This document shows, piece after piece, positions 9,932 through 19,598 of a DNA stretch of 64,000 nucleotides. Both the position numbers and the translations under genes were made by a program. Position 1 is the first letter of the stretch; each line of letters begins with the position of its first letter. The notes under the pieces were generated by a model, which was not told the origin of the DNA, did not search any database, and saw only the letters and a program-made list of their open reading frames with translations. Origin of the DNA: a virus. The DNA is taken from the IMG/VR virus record IMGVR_UViG_3300024520_000049, positions 110,596 to 174,595 of that record; one strand, written 5' to 3'.

Positions 9932-10677
9932 TGCTGCAATGCTGCGAGTGGGCAAAGACTGAGCTTCGGGGGGAGTTTGGGGTGGTTATCGCCTCAGACT
10001 CCTCCCAGGAGTGGCTGCTGCCTTGGTGGTTTCGCAAGTTCCGGAAACACAACCCAGACGTTTTTGTCACGCTATTTGATCTTGGCATGACTACTGACGG
10101 GCGCAATGTGGCAGAGAGCCTTTGCCACGACGTCCGGAAGCTGGAGATCCCCTTCAAGGTTCTTGGCTGGATGTGTAAACCGTTTGCCGTCGTGCAGGCG
10201 CCGTACTCTATCATCTTGTGGATCGACTTAGACTGCGAGGTGCTTCACTCCGTGAGAGAGTTCGGTCTGCTGAACTCTCTCATCAATCACCTGTATCTAC
10301 ACCCAGACGAGGGGACGCCTCCTGAGTGGCAAGCCAAGCTGCTCCCCGGCGAGGTGATGTATAACAGCGGGGTGCTTCTGGTTAACAACGGGCACCCGGC
10401 TATGCCTGAGTGGGCACGGGCCTGCCTGGAGGGGCTGAACTACGTACGCAGTGATCAGGAGGCGCTCTCCCGCGTGCTGCACCTGCGGCAGACTGTTGTG
10501 GGCGAGCTTGGGGCTGAGTGGAATAACCTGCGACTCGACCCTCCTGTGCGCAACCCAAAGATACGGCACTGGACCGGCCCTCACGGCAAGGCCATCATCC
10601 GTGACCAGATAGCGAGTCAGCAGTGGCGCAAAAACTTCATCCAAACCGAGCCGAGGTTCACTGATGACGTTCTTTGA
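9931..10677 (+). CDS. glycosyltransferase, GT-A fold (GT8/nucleotide-diphospho-sugar transferase-like)
   Basis: WMCKP, WIDLDCEV (DxD), YNSGVLL, SDQEAL, WN, IRHWTG. Confidence 0.85.
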   Translation: MLQCCEWAKTELRGEFGVVIASDSSQEWLLPWWFRKFRKHNPDVFVTLFDLGMTTDGRNVAESLCHDVRKLEIPFKVLGWMCKPFAVVQAPYSIILWIDLDCEVLHSVREFGLLNSLINHLYLHPDEGTPPEWQAKLLPGEVMYNSGVLLVNNGHPAMPEWARACLEGLNYVRSDQEALSRVLHLRQTVVGELGAEWNNLRLDPPVRNPKIRHWTGPHGKAIIRDQIASQQWRKNFIQTEPRFTDDVL

Positions 10678-11992
10678 AAGCTATCGGCAGATGACGCTGG
10701 AGGACCTTCACGATGAAGGAGCGCCACCGAGCGGTATATGGACAGAGAGCCATGGGCTGTCTTCCGCGGTACCTGAGTGGTTTGGCGCGCGCAAGGTCAG
10801 GCCCAGAGAGGATCTGTTCCCCTACGCACTTAGGGATAAGAGCCCCACCCGGGAAAACGGCTATGCGCTATGGGATTGGATTGTCTGCGGCGGTCGGCCG
10901 AAATCACGGCGCGCGTCTCATGACAGGTTCCAGCCTGAGCTTACAGTAGACGATTTTTCGGTAGCGCGCAGCACCAACGTGTACTGGGCCAAAAGCGTGT
11001 GGCCGCAATACGCCGCGCGAGCGATGGATGGCGGCAGCATGATACTCGATCTTTCTCTGCTTCCCCTGGAGGAGGCCGACCAGCTACTGAAGATGGCGCA
11101 CCACATGGCGCATGTACGCGGTGACGCCAAAGCGCGCAAGAGCGGCTGCTGGCCGAACTTCATGGCCACAAGCCGAAGCTTTGCTCAGGCGGCCGCGGAG
11201 TTGGCCGTCGCGCGCCAGCTGGACCTACCCATCGATCCGACACAGCACAACTCCCTGCCCTGGGGTGTGGTTGCAGTACCCTCGCCGCGGGCGGGGTTCA
11301 CGGAACGTCCGGCGATAATGCAGGTGCCTTTCGCGCGCCGGAGCAATCCATCTGATAACCTTATATACATCTGCGTGGGTGTCGAAGCCGGCGGAGACCC
11401 ACTGCAGGTGACAGACATTACGGACAAAACCTCCCCCACGGACTGGTGGAGCTATCAACCACTCCGGCTACATATCTGCGGGTGGGAGACAGCCGCCTGG
11501 GTGTTCTCGCAAGAGACCGCACGACCGCTGAAGTTCGGCTGGGAGTCCACGACGCGGCAAGCGATCACGTCATTGAACGCTGACCTGATGCCGGTGACGG
11601 CCCTGCACCACGTGCTTGCTGAGCATCGCGCCGCACCCAAAGGGTATAAGCATATTTCGGAGTGGCTCGAAGAGGATTGGGAGCGGCCGGGCACCCCGTC
11701 ACTCCCCTGCCCGGCGTGCCTGCTCCGCCCATTATACCCTGCGCAGTCTTTCAGGCTGCCATGGTGGCGTAGCATGTTTGACCCGGACTTAGCGGAAAAG
11801 GAGCAGAGAGATGTTCGCAAAGCGTTTAATAAGACGCTACGTTCCGTCCTAAATTCAGTGCGCATCGAGAAGGGGCAGCAAGGGGCGCTGACACCCAAGG
11901 AGTACGCCCGTAAGTATAAACTGAATCGCGACTTGTGGGAGGCTAAGCTGAAAACTATAAGAGCAAAAGACCGAAAACGAAGGAGGGGCTGA
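10664..11992 (+). CDS. hypothetical protein
   Basis: 442-aa ORF coupled to neighbours; no motif recognised. Confidence 0.7.
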   Translation: MTFFESYRQMTLEDLHDEGAPPSGIWTESHGLSSAVPEWFGARKVRPREDLFPYALRDKSPTRENGYALWDWIVCGGRPKSRRASHDRFQPELTVDDFSVARSTNVYWAKSVWPQYAARAMDGGSMILDLSLLPLEEADQLLKMAHHMAHVRGDAKARKSGCWPNFMATSRSFAQAAAELAVARQLDLPIDPTQHNSLPWGVVAVPSPRAGFTERPAIMQVPFARRSNPSDNLIYICVGVEAGGDPLQVTDITDKTSPTDWWSYQPLRLHICGWETAAWVFSQETARPLKFGWESTTRQAITSLNADLMPVTALHHVLAEHRAAPKGYKHISEWLEEDWERPGTPSLPCPACLLRPLYPAQSFRLPWWRSMFDPDLAEKEQRDVRKAFNKTLRSVLNSVRIEKGQQGALTPKEYARKYKLNRDLWEAKLKTIRAKDRKRRRG

Positions 11993-12564
11993 TGAGTATC
12001 AACATAATGACCGTAGACCCGTCTCTGTGCAACACAGCACTGGTTGTGTTCCAGGTGACAACCGCGTACCCGAAATGGACGATCGTGTCTACCCAGGTTC
12101 TTCGCACGGAGGCGGAGGCGAAAAAGAGGGGTATTTACAAAGCCGACGACGAGACCCGCAGAATCGAGTTTCTCGTTCGCGGCCTGCGGACGCTGTACGA
12201 GGCTTACACGCCGAAGTTGATCGTTACAGAGATAACAAAAGGTGAGCCGAAAAGTAAGCACGCCGCGGCCACTCTGGCTATTGCAAAAACCATCATAGTG
12301 GCGTCCGCGGCGTTGTGGGATGTCCCTGTAGTGTATGTGGATCAGGCCGATGTGAAGAAGGCCATGTGCGGCAAGAAGACCGCGACGAAGACAGAGATGA
12401 AAAATCGCGCCGCGGAGCTTTATCCTGACCTCCGAGAGGAGTATGAAAGTACGCAGTCGAAGGACGGCTGGCTGGGTACGTTTGAACATGTCGCTGATGC
12501 CATCGGCGTTTTTGAGTCAGTCAAGCACTCGTCCCAGGTACAGCTGCTGCGGGGTTTGGTGTAA
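11992..12564 (+). CDS. ruvC: RuvC-like Holliday junction resolvase
   Basis: IMTVDPSLCNTAL, IVTE, VKKAMCGKKTATK, EHVADAIG. Confidence 0.9.
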   Translation: MSINIMTVDPSLCNTALVVFQVTTAYPKWTIVSTQVLRTEAEAKKRGIYKADDETRRIEFLVRGLRTLYEAYTPKLIVTEITKGEPKSKHAAATLAIAKTIIVASAALWDVPVVYVDQADVKKAMCGKKTATKTEMKNRAAELYPDLREEYESTQSKDGWLGTFEHVADAIGVFESVKHSSQVQLLRGLV

Positions 12565-12941
12565 TGAAACCATCTTGGAGTAGCGTCGGGAGTGAAGAGG
12601 TTGTTGTGCAAGGCGCCGCAGCGAATATCTCAGCGCTCACACAGATTACGATGACCTCGTGCCTCCAGTCCATGCTACTGTTCGGCGTTGGGGGGATCGA
12701 GGTCGGGTACACTGGGATTGTTGGCAGCCTGAGCCCCGTGACCTATGATATGCGGATCGGTGCCATAAAACGCCCAGAGTGCCTGGAGGTGCGCAAGAAG
12801 CCAGTGTGCCTCCACTGGGCTCATCTGCTGTGCATCGCCGGCCTATCCAGGCTGGAGATGAATCCGACCGCCAAAGATGTCGCCAAAACGGTTGACGCTT
12901 GGAATAACATTTACAACAACGAGAAGGAGAAAAATGGCTAA
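12564..12941 (+). CDS. hypothetical protein
   Basis: Coupled ORF. Confidence 0.55.
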   Translation: MKPSWSSVGSEEVVVQGAAANISALTQITMTSCLQSMLLFGVGGIEVGYTGIVGSLSPVTYDMRIGAIKRPECLEVRKKPVCLHWAHLLCIAGLSRLEMNPTAKDVAKTVDAWNNIYNNEKEKNG

Positions 12942-13398
12942 CATTGATGACGAAGACCAAAGGCCGCTCACCCCGGACGACGAGGGGTTTTATGAGTTTT
13001 ATGCGACCAACGCTATGACGACGTGGGTGCAGAATCCACTGATTGATATTCCCTACCAGGTGTTCGGGCAAATGGTGCTGGACTTGGTGTTTCGAGCACA
13101 CCCAGATTTGAACGGGTATGAGACTGCATCAGCTTTCGGCCCCGATCGCCGAGTCGGAGAGCTCCGACGTGTCTACGCTGGGTGCTGGGGGGAGGCATCG
13201 CTACTATCTGCGGAGGGGTTTTGGTGCGAAGAGGTCATGTCCAAGCTCGCCGCCACCCTCGACGAGCTTATGGCTGACGAGTCTAACATGATGGTAGCAG
13301 GAAGTTTGCGCTGTGACGTAGCTCCCGGCGGCGTAACCGTTGAGAGCCTCCCCAGTGTGAACGTCTACTTCCTATATGCTGTGAGGCCTTCTCTATGA
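12934..13398 (+). CDS. hypothetical protein
   Basis: SD AAGGAG before ATG 12934; acidic protein. Confidence 0.6.
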   Translation: MANIDDEDQRPLTPDDEGFYEFYATNAMTTWVQNPLIDIPYQVFGQMVLDLVFRAHPDLNGYETASAFGPDRRVGELRRVYAGCWGEASLLSAEGFWCEEVMSKLAATLDELMADESNMMVAGSLRCDVAPGGVTVESLPSVNVYFLYAVRPSL

Positions 13399-14006
13399 GC
13401 GAAGAAACTGAACCAGCAGATAAGCAGGAGGAGGCTGTGGACCCGTCCAAGCACTATTACCTGCTGTACAAAGACCCGGAGTCAGAAGAGGGTACGCGCA
13501 GCCGGTTCCCGCTTAAGAACCTACCTTTCATTAAGCGTGAGCTTATGCGCGTCTGCAAGGAGAACACGGCGTTTGCGGGGCAGTCTGCGAAGCTGGTTAC
13601 GTATATCCCGTTCACTTTGGAGGGGTCGACCAGCTTTAACGAGAGCGTGGTGGTTGAGGGTCCAGTATCCTATATCATTGAGTTCTTAGAGAAGCACACG
13701 ATGCCGGCAGACCAGGCAATGCAGGCATTCGCGCGATTCGTCGCGTCCATGGCGGAGCAGTCGGATCTGAAGATCGCCAGCGTCATCTGTGTGCTGGACG
13801 ACCCGGAGGTCGGGCTCACGCCTAAGTCCTTCACGATACCCTTCAACGGCGCCGGCAAAGAGGCGCTGATGTGCTTCAATAACGCGGCGCATGTACATCT
13901 GGAGAAGTTCGAGGCGGACTGTCGGGAGAAAGGTCATGATCTCCGCCGGCAGCCGGGAGACGATATCATCCGCCCCGGTGACGGGCTATACCGAGGGCCT
14001 ACATGA
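13395..14006 (+). CDS. hypothetical protein
   Basis: ATGA-coupled ORF, 203 aa. Confidence 0.65.
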   Translation: MSEETEPADKQEEAVDPSKHYYLLYKDPESEEGTRSRFPLKNLPFIKRELMRVCKENTAFAGQSAKLVTYIPFTLEGSTSFNESVVVEGPVSYIIEFLEKHTMPADQAMQAFARFVASMAEQSDLKIASVICVLDDPEVGLTPKSFTIPFNGAGKEALMCFNNAAHVHLEKFEADCREKGHDLRRQPGDDIIRPGDGLYRGPT

Positions 14007-14007
14007 T

Positions 14008-14394
14008 ATGCAGTATCTGGTGGCAATCCCCGGAGACGGGGCGTATGAGGAGGAAGCGCTCGAAGCTGGCGAACCCGTGGTTCCAGCATTCTGCATGGGC
14101 GCGTGTAACCACTTCATTGGCGTTAAAGCTGATGGGCGGGTAAGCACAGCACGAGTTATGGAGTTCACTGAAGACCCAGATGAGCTCCTTAAATTGTTTT
14201 GCGCGCAGTACCCTGGCCTACCTAAAAAAATGCTGGAAGACGTCCTGTTCAACGTAGTCAAAGTTGCGTCCGCATTGGATAAGCTCGACCGCTTCAGAGT
14301 GTTCGTTCAACCTCACAGCGCTACACTGCAGTCAACCATTGATGAAGAACTCGTCCCGATCTGGGAGGATATGGATACTACCAAGTACTTATAA
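14008..14394 (+). CDS. hypothetical protein
   Basis: ATG right after the previous stop; CxxxC motif. Confidence 0.6.
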   Translation: MQYLVAIPGDGAYEEEALEAGEPVVPAFCMGACNHFIGVKADGRVSTARVMEFTEDPDELLKLFCAQYPGLPKKMLEDVLFNVVKVASALDKLDRFRVFVQPHSATLQSTIDEELVPIWEDMDTTKYL

Positions 14395-15359
14395 TGTCGA
14401 CGTTTAAGCGAAAGTTGATGTCCCGATCGAAGCCCCACCTGGTGCATGTGATGCCGAAGGTGGAGCTGAGCGGGCCGCTAATGTTCGTGCGGGATCTTGC
14501 CGTCCGCGCGCGGGAGTTCGACCATACGATCATCGGGTTCAACGCGGCCAAAGATGCCGACGAGGAGCTTGATAAGTTCTTAAGCGCTTATGGCGTTGAC
14601 GTTTACTATCTGAACAGTGTGAAGCTGAACAACGGGCACATCCGGAGAGTCGGAGGAACCCACGTGGTGTTCTACGATCTCTCCATGCGGCATCTGGACG
14701 GCAAGCGCCACCCCGGGGTGAACTACCCGTCGATGTATTATGCGTACAGCACGCGGGACCCGGAGGTGCGCACTGCTGTTACGGTTTACAGCCGTGAGGA
14801 TGTTCACGAACTGGAGCCTGACTTTGTGATCGCGCCTGGCGTGGCCAAAGGAGAATGCCAGAAGTATCACCAAAGCCGACGTGCGCTGCTCAAGGAGCGT
14901 CTGGGCGTGACCTTGCTGGCTGGCCGTAAAGACAAGTTCCATACGAAGCTTGCGGTACGCCTGATGTCGGCGCTGGACTCGAAGCACTGGGTGCTGATGC
15001 TCACAGAGTTCCCTGGCCAGGACCCATTCGGGCTTCTGGCTGCAAAAGAGGCAGCCATTGAGAAGAAGTTGCTGGCCCCATGTAAATTTCGGCCAGGCGT
15101 GGCGACCTTCTATTTGAGCTACGCCACTGTTCACCTGTCAACCGGATGCCAACGCATCGACGCGGAGGCTGGCATGTTTAAGGTACCCATTGTAGACGGG
15201 CTACAACCCATAGACGGGGTTCTGGAGGATATCGATAAGATCGTAACCGACCCGGACTTCCGCACCAAAGCAAGGAAAAGAAGTCAGCTCGCGGCCGATA
15301 GCTGTGACCTGAGGATGACCATTACCCACTATAAAAACATTATAAGGGCATGTGTATGA
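14394..15359 (+). CDS. putative GT-B fold glycosyltransferase (divergent)
   Basis: N-terminal LVHVMPKVELSGPLMFVRDL resembles the GT4 start; VIAPGV; C-terminal EAGMFKVPIV resembles EA-x-x-x-G-x-P-V. Confidence 0.5.
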   Translation: MSTFKRKLMSRSKPHLVHVMPKVELSGPLMFVRDLAVRAREFDHTIIGFNAAKDADEELDKFLSAYGVDVYYLNSVKLNNGHIRRVGGTHVVFYDLSMRHLDGKRHPGVNYPSMYYAYSTRDPEVRTAVTVYSREDVHELEPDFVIAPGVAKGECQKYHQSRRALLKERLGVTLLAGRKDKFHTKLAVRLMSALDSKHWVLMLTEFPGQDPFGLLAAKEAAIEKKLLAPCKFRPGVATFYLSYATVHLSTGCQRIDAEAGMFKVPIVDGLQPIDGVLEDIDKIVTDPDFRTKARKRSQLAADSCDLRMTITHYKNIIRACV

Positions 15360-15718
15360 CAGTAAAATTTCGCTTGATGCTGGAGATCGATGATCAGCCC
15401 AGCACAACAACAGCGGATGAAGTGCTCACCCCTCGGGTGCCGAGGATCGTAGCCATTGAGCCTGATGACAAACCAAACATCATCTCTAAATGGCTTAAGC
15501 GGGTGGTTCCCGCGCGCAGGAAAAAGCGTAAACAGCTTGTACCTGTACCGTGCGACACTATGGCGCGCACGGCGTTAATTATGGAGATACCGAGAAAGGT
15601 GTCACAAGAACTGGCTCATGCCTTGTATGGTATGGACCCCAATGCATGCGAAGACCTGGAGTATGTAGTCAGGCCGCCGCGTGTTGTTAAGAAACAAGAG
15701 GGTGTGCGGACTGTATGA
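15356..15718 (+). CDS. hypothetical protein
   Basis: Coupled ORF. Confidence 0.55.
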   Translation: MTVKFRLMLEIDDQPSTTTADEVLTPRVPRIVAIEPDDKPNIISKWLKRVVPARRKKRKQLVPVPCDTMARTALIMEIPRKVSQELAHALYGMDPNACEDLEYVVRPPRVVKKQEGVRTV

Positions 15719-16431
15719 TCCGGGCCTCTTCTGATCGTAAAACACAAGCATATCCCGCGCAGCGCAACACGTTCGGCACTCTTCCAGGATTACCTGGGGA
15801 GGGGGGCACATGCCCCGGAGCGACGACAGGCGCTGGTGGATGCAGCCATGTGTGGAAAGGAAGAAAGACAAAAGTATGTTACGTAGACAAATTGATAAGA
15901 GCCTACAAAGGCGTGAAGGGTGTATTACAGCATAACACTGAAGAACTTACGAAAGCAACACACGACGAAAAAGTAGCTCTGTTTATTACAGAGTTCCTGC
16001 GATTTTATGACGAGGAGAAAAGGCGAGAGAAAAGCGACGCGTTCTGGTATCGACTACATTGGAGCGGTGACGTTCCCGACGAGGAGTACGCCTGGGCCTT
16101 GAAAGAGGCCATGGAGGCGTGCCCTTTTATAAAGTTCTGGGGGTACACCCGATCGTTGTTCAGCGTGCCTATACTTGCGGGCACAAAGAACCTCCGCTGG
16201 TACATATCAGCGGATGCGACCAACGTGGAGGAGTCCTGGGAACTGTATCAGAAATACTTGATGGATCCGGAAGTGAACAACATCCACTTCTGCTATCTGG
16301 GCAAAGAAAGGCCAAAAGAGCTTAAGCTCGCAACGTGCCCTGTAGACGCAGGCAGGCTGGACTTGGAGGGCGGATGCCACAAGTGCCAGCTGTGTTTTAA
16401 GGGCGCACGTATCTTCTTTCCGGAGAAGTAA
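15715..16431 (+). CDS. phage GP88-like protein (Cys-rich, radical-SAM-like remnant)
   Basis: TCPGAT..C..VCY, YRLHWSGD, FWGYTRS, C-terminal CP..CHKCQLC. Confidence 0.7.
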   Translation: MIRASSDRKTQAYPAQRNTFGTLPGLPGEGGTCPGATTGAGGCSHVWKGRKTKVCYVDKLIRAYKGVKGVLQHNTEELTKATHDEKVALFITEFLRFYDEEKRREKSDAFWYRLHWSGDVPDEEYAWALKEAMEACPFIKFWGYTRSLFSVPILAGTKNLRWYISADATNVEESWELYQKYLMDPEVNNIHFCYLGKERPKELKLATCPVDAGRLDLEGGCHKCQLCFKGARIFFPEK

Positions 16432-16796
16432 TGAAGAAACGACGAACAGACGTGTCCGAACGGGACACGTACATCATACTAAAGCTGCTGGCCGCGGGGC
16501 GCGAAAGTGTCACGCGGATCGGCAGCCAGTGGTTGGCGGATAGCGGCAGCAAAGCCGCGAACCTCCGCCACCGCGCCTCAGGGTGGGCTGGCTACCGCTG
16601 CCGGAGCCTGGCCAACACGGGGTTGGTCCGGCGGGTGGAGGTAACGGCCCGGCGGGGGCAATCAGAGTGGGTTTATTATGAACTGACAGGAGAGGGCCGG
16701 CAGCTGCTCAGGGTCTTGGACGATGGGAAAGAACTTTGCAAAGTGCGGGGAAAGTACCAACTTACGAATAAGGTGGAACACGATGATCTTGATTAA
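16431..16796 (+). CDS. putative winged-helix DNA-binding protein
   Basis: Basic protein; C-terminal 'SLANTGLVRR...VYYELTGEGRQLL' is typical of wHTH (PadR/HxlR-like). Confidence 0.55.
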   Translation: MKKRRTDVSERDTYIILKLLAAGRESVTRIGSQWLADSGSKAANLRHRASGWAGYRCRSLANTGLVRRVEVTARRGQSEWVYYELTGEGRQLLRVLDDGKELCKVRGKYQLTNKVEHDDLD

Positions 16797-17631
16797 CGGA
16801 GCTGGCAGGACACTGGAGAAACTGGTGCATCTTGACGGTATATTTGACGGCGGTACGATCATCCTCATGGGCGGCGCGCCAACGATCAAACACCAGCCGC
16901 TGGACCTGCTGGCGCAGCGTGGCGTGGTGACGGCGGCGATCAACAACGCTGGTATCCACTTCCGCCCGACTCTGTGGTTTATAGGGGATAACCCTGAGGG
17001 CTTTGAGCCTCAGCTGCTTATGGACGCAGGTATTATGAAGTTCATACCGCACTGCTTCGCCGGCAACACCGCGCAGGGTAGGAAGTTGACTGACATACCG
17101 AACGCCTACTTCTACGTCCAGACAAAGGACGCGGAGCTGGGCGAGTTCCTGAGCAAGCCGCGTGAGGTGCCGTGGTTCTTTAACACGTTGTTCGCCTCGC
17201 TCCACATCCTCTACCGCCTCGGGTTTAAGCGTATTATACTGGGAGGGTCTGACTTCGAGCCAAGCCCGGACCAGATGTACGCACACGATACCAAGCTTAG
17301 CCCCGAGGAGCGTGACATGAATGTACGCCTGTACCAGCGTCTGGTTGGGGAGCTGATTGCGTGCAAGGGCGTTTTTGAGCAGGCCGGCGTGGAGCTGTTT
17401 GACTGCTCAGTGAAGTCTAAACTGGGCAGCACCTATCCGGTGATCTCCATGGAGGAGGCTGTCGATATGTGCCTGGATGGGTTCCCGCGAGAGATGGTTG
17501 ATACAACTACGCTGAAGCATGGCACCCGTTTCGCCTCAGCAGACTGGCGCAAAAAGATGAAACTAGCACCCCTTGATGAGTATGAAGAGCTTGAGGATAA
17601 CCAGGAGAAAGCCTGGGATTCTGTGCTCTAA
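16783..17631 (+). CDS. DUF115/MAF-like (sialyltransferase-fold) sugar transferase-like protein
   Basis: IILMGGAPT, AAINNA, FRPTLW, LYRLGFKRIILGGSDF. Confidence 0.6.
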   Translation: MILINGAGRTLEKLVHLDGIFDGGTIILMGGAPTIKHQPLDLLAQRGVVTAAINNAGIHFRPTLWFIGDNPEGFEPQLLMDAGIMKFIPHCFAGNTAQGRKLTDIPNAYFYVQTKDAELGEFLSKPREVPWFFNTLFASLHILYRLGFKRIILGGSDFEPSPDQMYAHDTKLSPEERDMNVRLYQRLVGELIACKGVFEQAGVELFDCSVKSKLGSTYPVISMEEAVDMCLDGFPREMVDTTTLKHGTRFASADWRKKMKLAPLDEYEELEDNQEKAWDSVL

Positions 17632-17732
17632 ATAACAGGGTATTTAATGTTATAAGTATATAGTAGTAGATACTATATGTATCATTACTATTCACTTGTT
17701 AACTACCCAAACTCAACATAGGAGAAGAGACC
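17632..17732 (+). promoter_or_regulatory. AT-rich intergenic region, candidate promoter
   Basis: Sharp GC drop; TA-rich inverted repeat TAGTAGTAGATAC..GTATCATTACTA; SD AGGAG before 17733. Confidence 0.45.
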
Positions 17733-18626
17733 ATGGGCAACGAAACAAACACACAAGAAGAAACAGCATCGACCTCTGAAAAGAAATCCCCACTGGTGAA
17801 GCGTGCAGCCGCGCGTTCCGTACAGGGGGCTATTCTGCTCGGGGGCTTCGGTGTGGTGACACCTCTGGAGATCACCAAAGACGTTCTGCGCCTCGGCGCT
17901 TACGGACTTGGCGGTCTTTCTCTGATCCTTAAGAAGGGGTCCGACGGTCTCCACCTGGGGGCTGATATCGTTAAGAATACGCAAACCCGCGTCGACCATA
18001 AGGTTGGAGCACTCTTCGGCCAAGTCGGGGAGTGGGGTGGTGTGGGACTGACGAGAGAGGAACGTCACGAGCAGGAGCAGGCCTTCTTGGTTGAGCTCAA
18101 TGCATCGAAGAAGCTCCTGAAAGAGCTGGATGCTGTGCACGCAATGGATCGTGGAGACGCCCCGATGGACTTCCCACGCATTAACGCGTTCTACGCGGAC
18201 ATCGCGGAGCTGCGCAAGCAAGCAGCTGGCGTGGCTCCCTCGGAGCCCGCTGCGCCAAGCGTTGCGGACGTTGCTAAAACACAAGCGGCTGACGTGGCGA
18301 AGACGGCTGATACGCAGGAGATGACAGGCACCAAGGCCTGCCCGCACTGCGGCAAGGCGGTTACAGCTCCCGAGTACAGCGCGCATGTTGAAATGCACGC
18401 GACCCGGCTCGCTCTCGTCTACTCAGGCGAGGGTGTCACAGCCAATATAGACGCCGTCTATAAGAAGCTGAAAGATCAGGGTACGGCGGGTACGCGCGAA
18501 GCGCTGCGCAAGGTTGCAAAACCGATCGTGGCGTTGATGAAGAAAGCGAAAGATGCTACCATAGATCCGGGTGTGGCGATGCCCAACAACCCAGGTTCGG
18601 TAATCAATCCTAACCCCGCCACATAG
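17733..18626 (+). CDS. hypothetical protein with C2H2-like Zn finger
   Basis: CPHCGKAVTAPEYSAHVEMH. Confidence 0.7.
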   Translation: MGNETNTQEETASTSEKKSPLVKRAAARSVQGAILLGGFGVVTPLEITKDVLRLGAYGLGGLSLILKKGSDGLHLGADIVKNTQTRVDHKVGALFGQVGEWGGVGLTREERHEQEQAFLVELNASKKLLKELDAVHAMDRGDAPMDFPRINAFYADIAELRKQAAGVAPSEPAAPSVADVAKTQAADVAKTADTQEMTGTKACPHCGKAVTAPEYSAHVEMHATRLALVYSGEGVTANIDAVYKKLKDQGTAGTREALRKVAKPIVALMKKAKDATIDPGVAMPNNPGSVINPNPAT

Positions 18627-18637
18627 GCGGAGTTGGG

Positions 18638-18679
18638 GTGGCGGGGTCAGACATTTGTCTGATCCCGCTACGAACTTTT
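18638..18679 (+). terminator. stem-loop / terminator
   Basis: GTGGCGGGGTCAGAC-ATTT-GTCTGATCCCGCTAC followed by GAACTTTT. Confidence 0.55.
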
Positions 18680-18695
18680 AGATATCGGAGGTAGA

Positions 18696-19031
18696 ATGGC
18701 ATTCCAATCTAAGGTATACTTAGTTACGCTGCCGGCAATTATGGCGCCGATGCGGCCGTTCACTTCACTGCTGAAGGCCGCGTTGTTCATCGCTAAACAT
18801 GAGCGCTACCTGCCGGGGTGGAAATTATATGTGGGGCAGCCGGACGACGCGGCGGGCCTGCAGGAGATGACAGCGCAGGCTGAGCCCATGATAGCCCACC
18901 TGCAGCACCACATTCCGACGTGCGGGGAGGAGTTCATCTCCTCTGAGTACCGCGTAACGGATGATCCGGACCATAAGAGGTTCAAACACCTGAGGTTAGA
19001 ACGATGCAGGAAGGTAACAACACGCACCTGA
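18696..19031 (+). CDS. hypothetical protein
   Basis: SD GGAGG; 111 aa. Confidence 0.6.
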   Translation: MAFQSKVYLVTLPAIMAPMRPFTSLLKAALFIAKHERYLPGWKLYVGQPDDAAGLQEMTAQAEPMIAHLQHHIPTCGEEFISSEYRVTDDPDHKRFKHLRLERCRKVTTRT

Positions 19032-19220
19032 TCAAATCCAAAAACGCGCAGCGTAAGCACTCCGATGGGGGCGCATACCGTGAGAACATCTCGCGTATTT
19101 TTGGTGAGAAGAAGGTAGTAGGCACAGCCAAGCTGAAGCCCAAAAACAACCAGACCAGCGTGGTTACATGCCGGTCGGCGAATAAGCACGGGGAAGACAA
19201 TGACAGCTACAGGAGCGGAC

Positions 19221-19598
19221 ATGAGCGAATCTTTGGTAATAAGACCGCAGAGCCCGAATCTCCCGCTGGATAATCCTGCCTTCGTGGAGCTTATGACAGA
19301 CGCCATTGTACTCGACCCTGAGTACCTGGACGCCGCGATCATAGGCCACGACACAAACGAAGATGGGGAGATCATCTTTGTATATAGCTATGAGAAGCTC
19401 ACCGAAGCTTTCCGCAACGCCGAAGAAGGGTGGAATGACCTTGACGCGATGGAGTGGGTAGACTTCAACACTGTAAGAGCCCTCCCCTACATGGGGGATC
19501 GGGCGCCGATAATTAAATACGAACTCGAAGATGAGGAAAACAAAGATGAACGAGAAGAATTGGAGGTTCCACGGAACCATCGGGGAGGTACTCCCTAA
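19221..19598 (+). CDS. hypothetical phage protein
   Basis: LDAAIIG..FVYSYEK..DAMEWVDFNT..YMGDRAPII, a pattern I recognise from small phage proteins; SD AGGAG. Confidence 0.65.
   Translation: MSESLVIRPQSPNLPLDNPAFVELMTDAIVLDPEYLDAAIIGHDTNEDGEIIFVYSYEKLTEAFRNAEEGWNDLDAMEWVDFNTVRALPYMGDRAPIIKYELEDEENKDEREELEVPRNHRGGTP

Noticed and set aside
11455-12489. 344-aa minus-strand ORF
   Set aside because: Antisense to ruvC and its upstream gene; no motifs.
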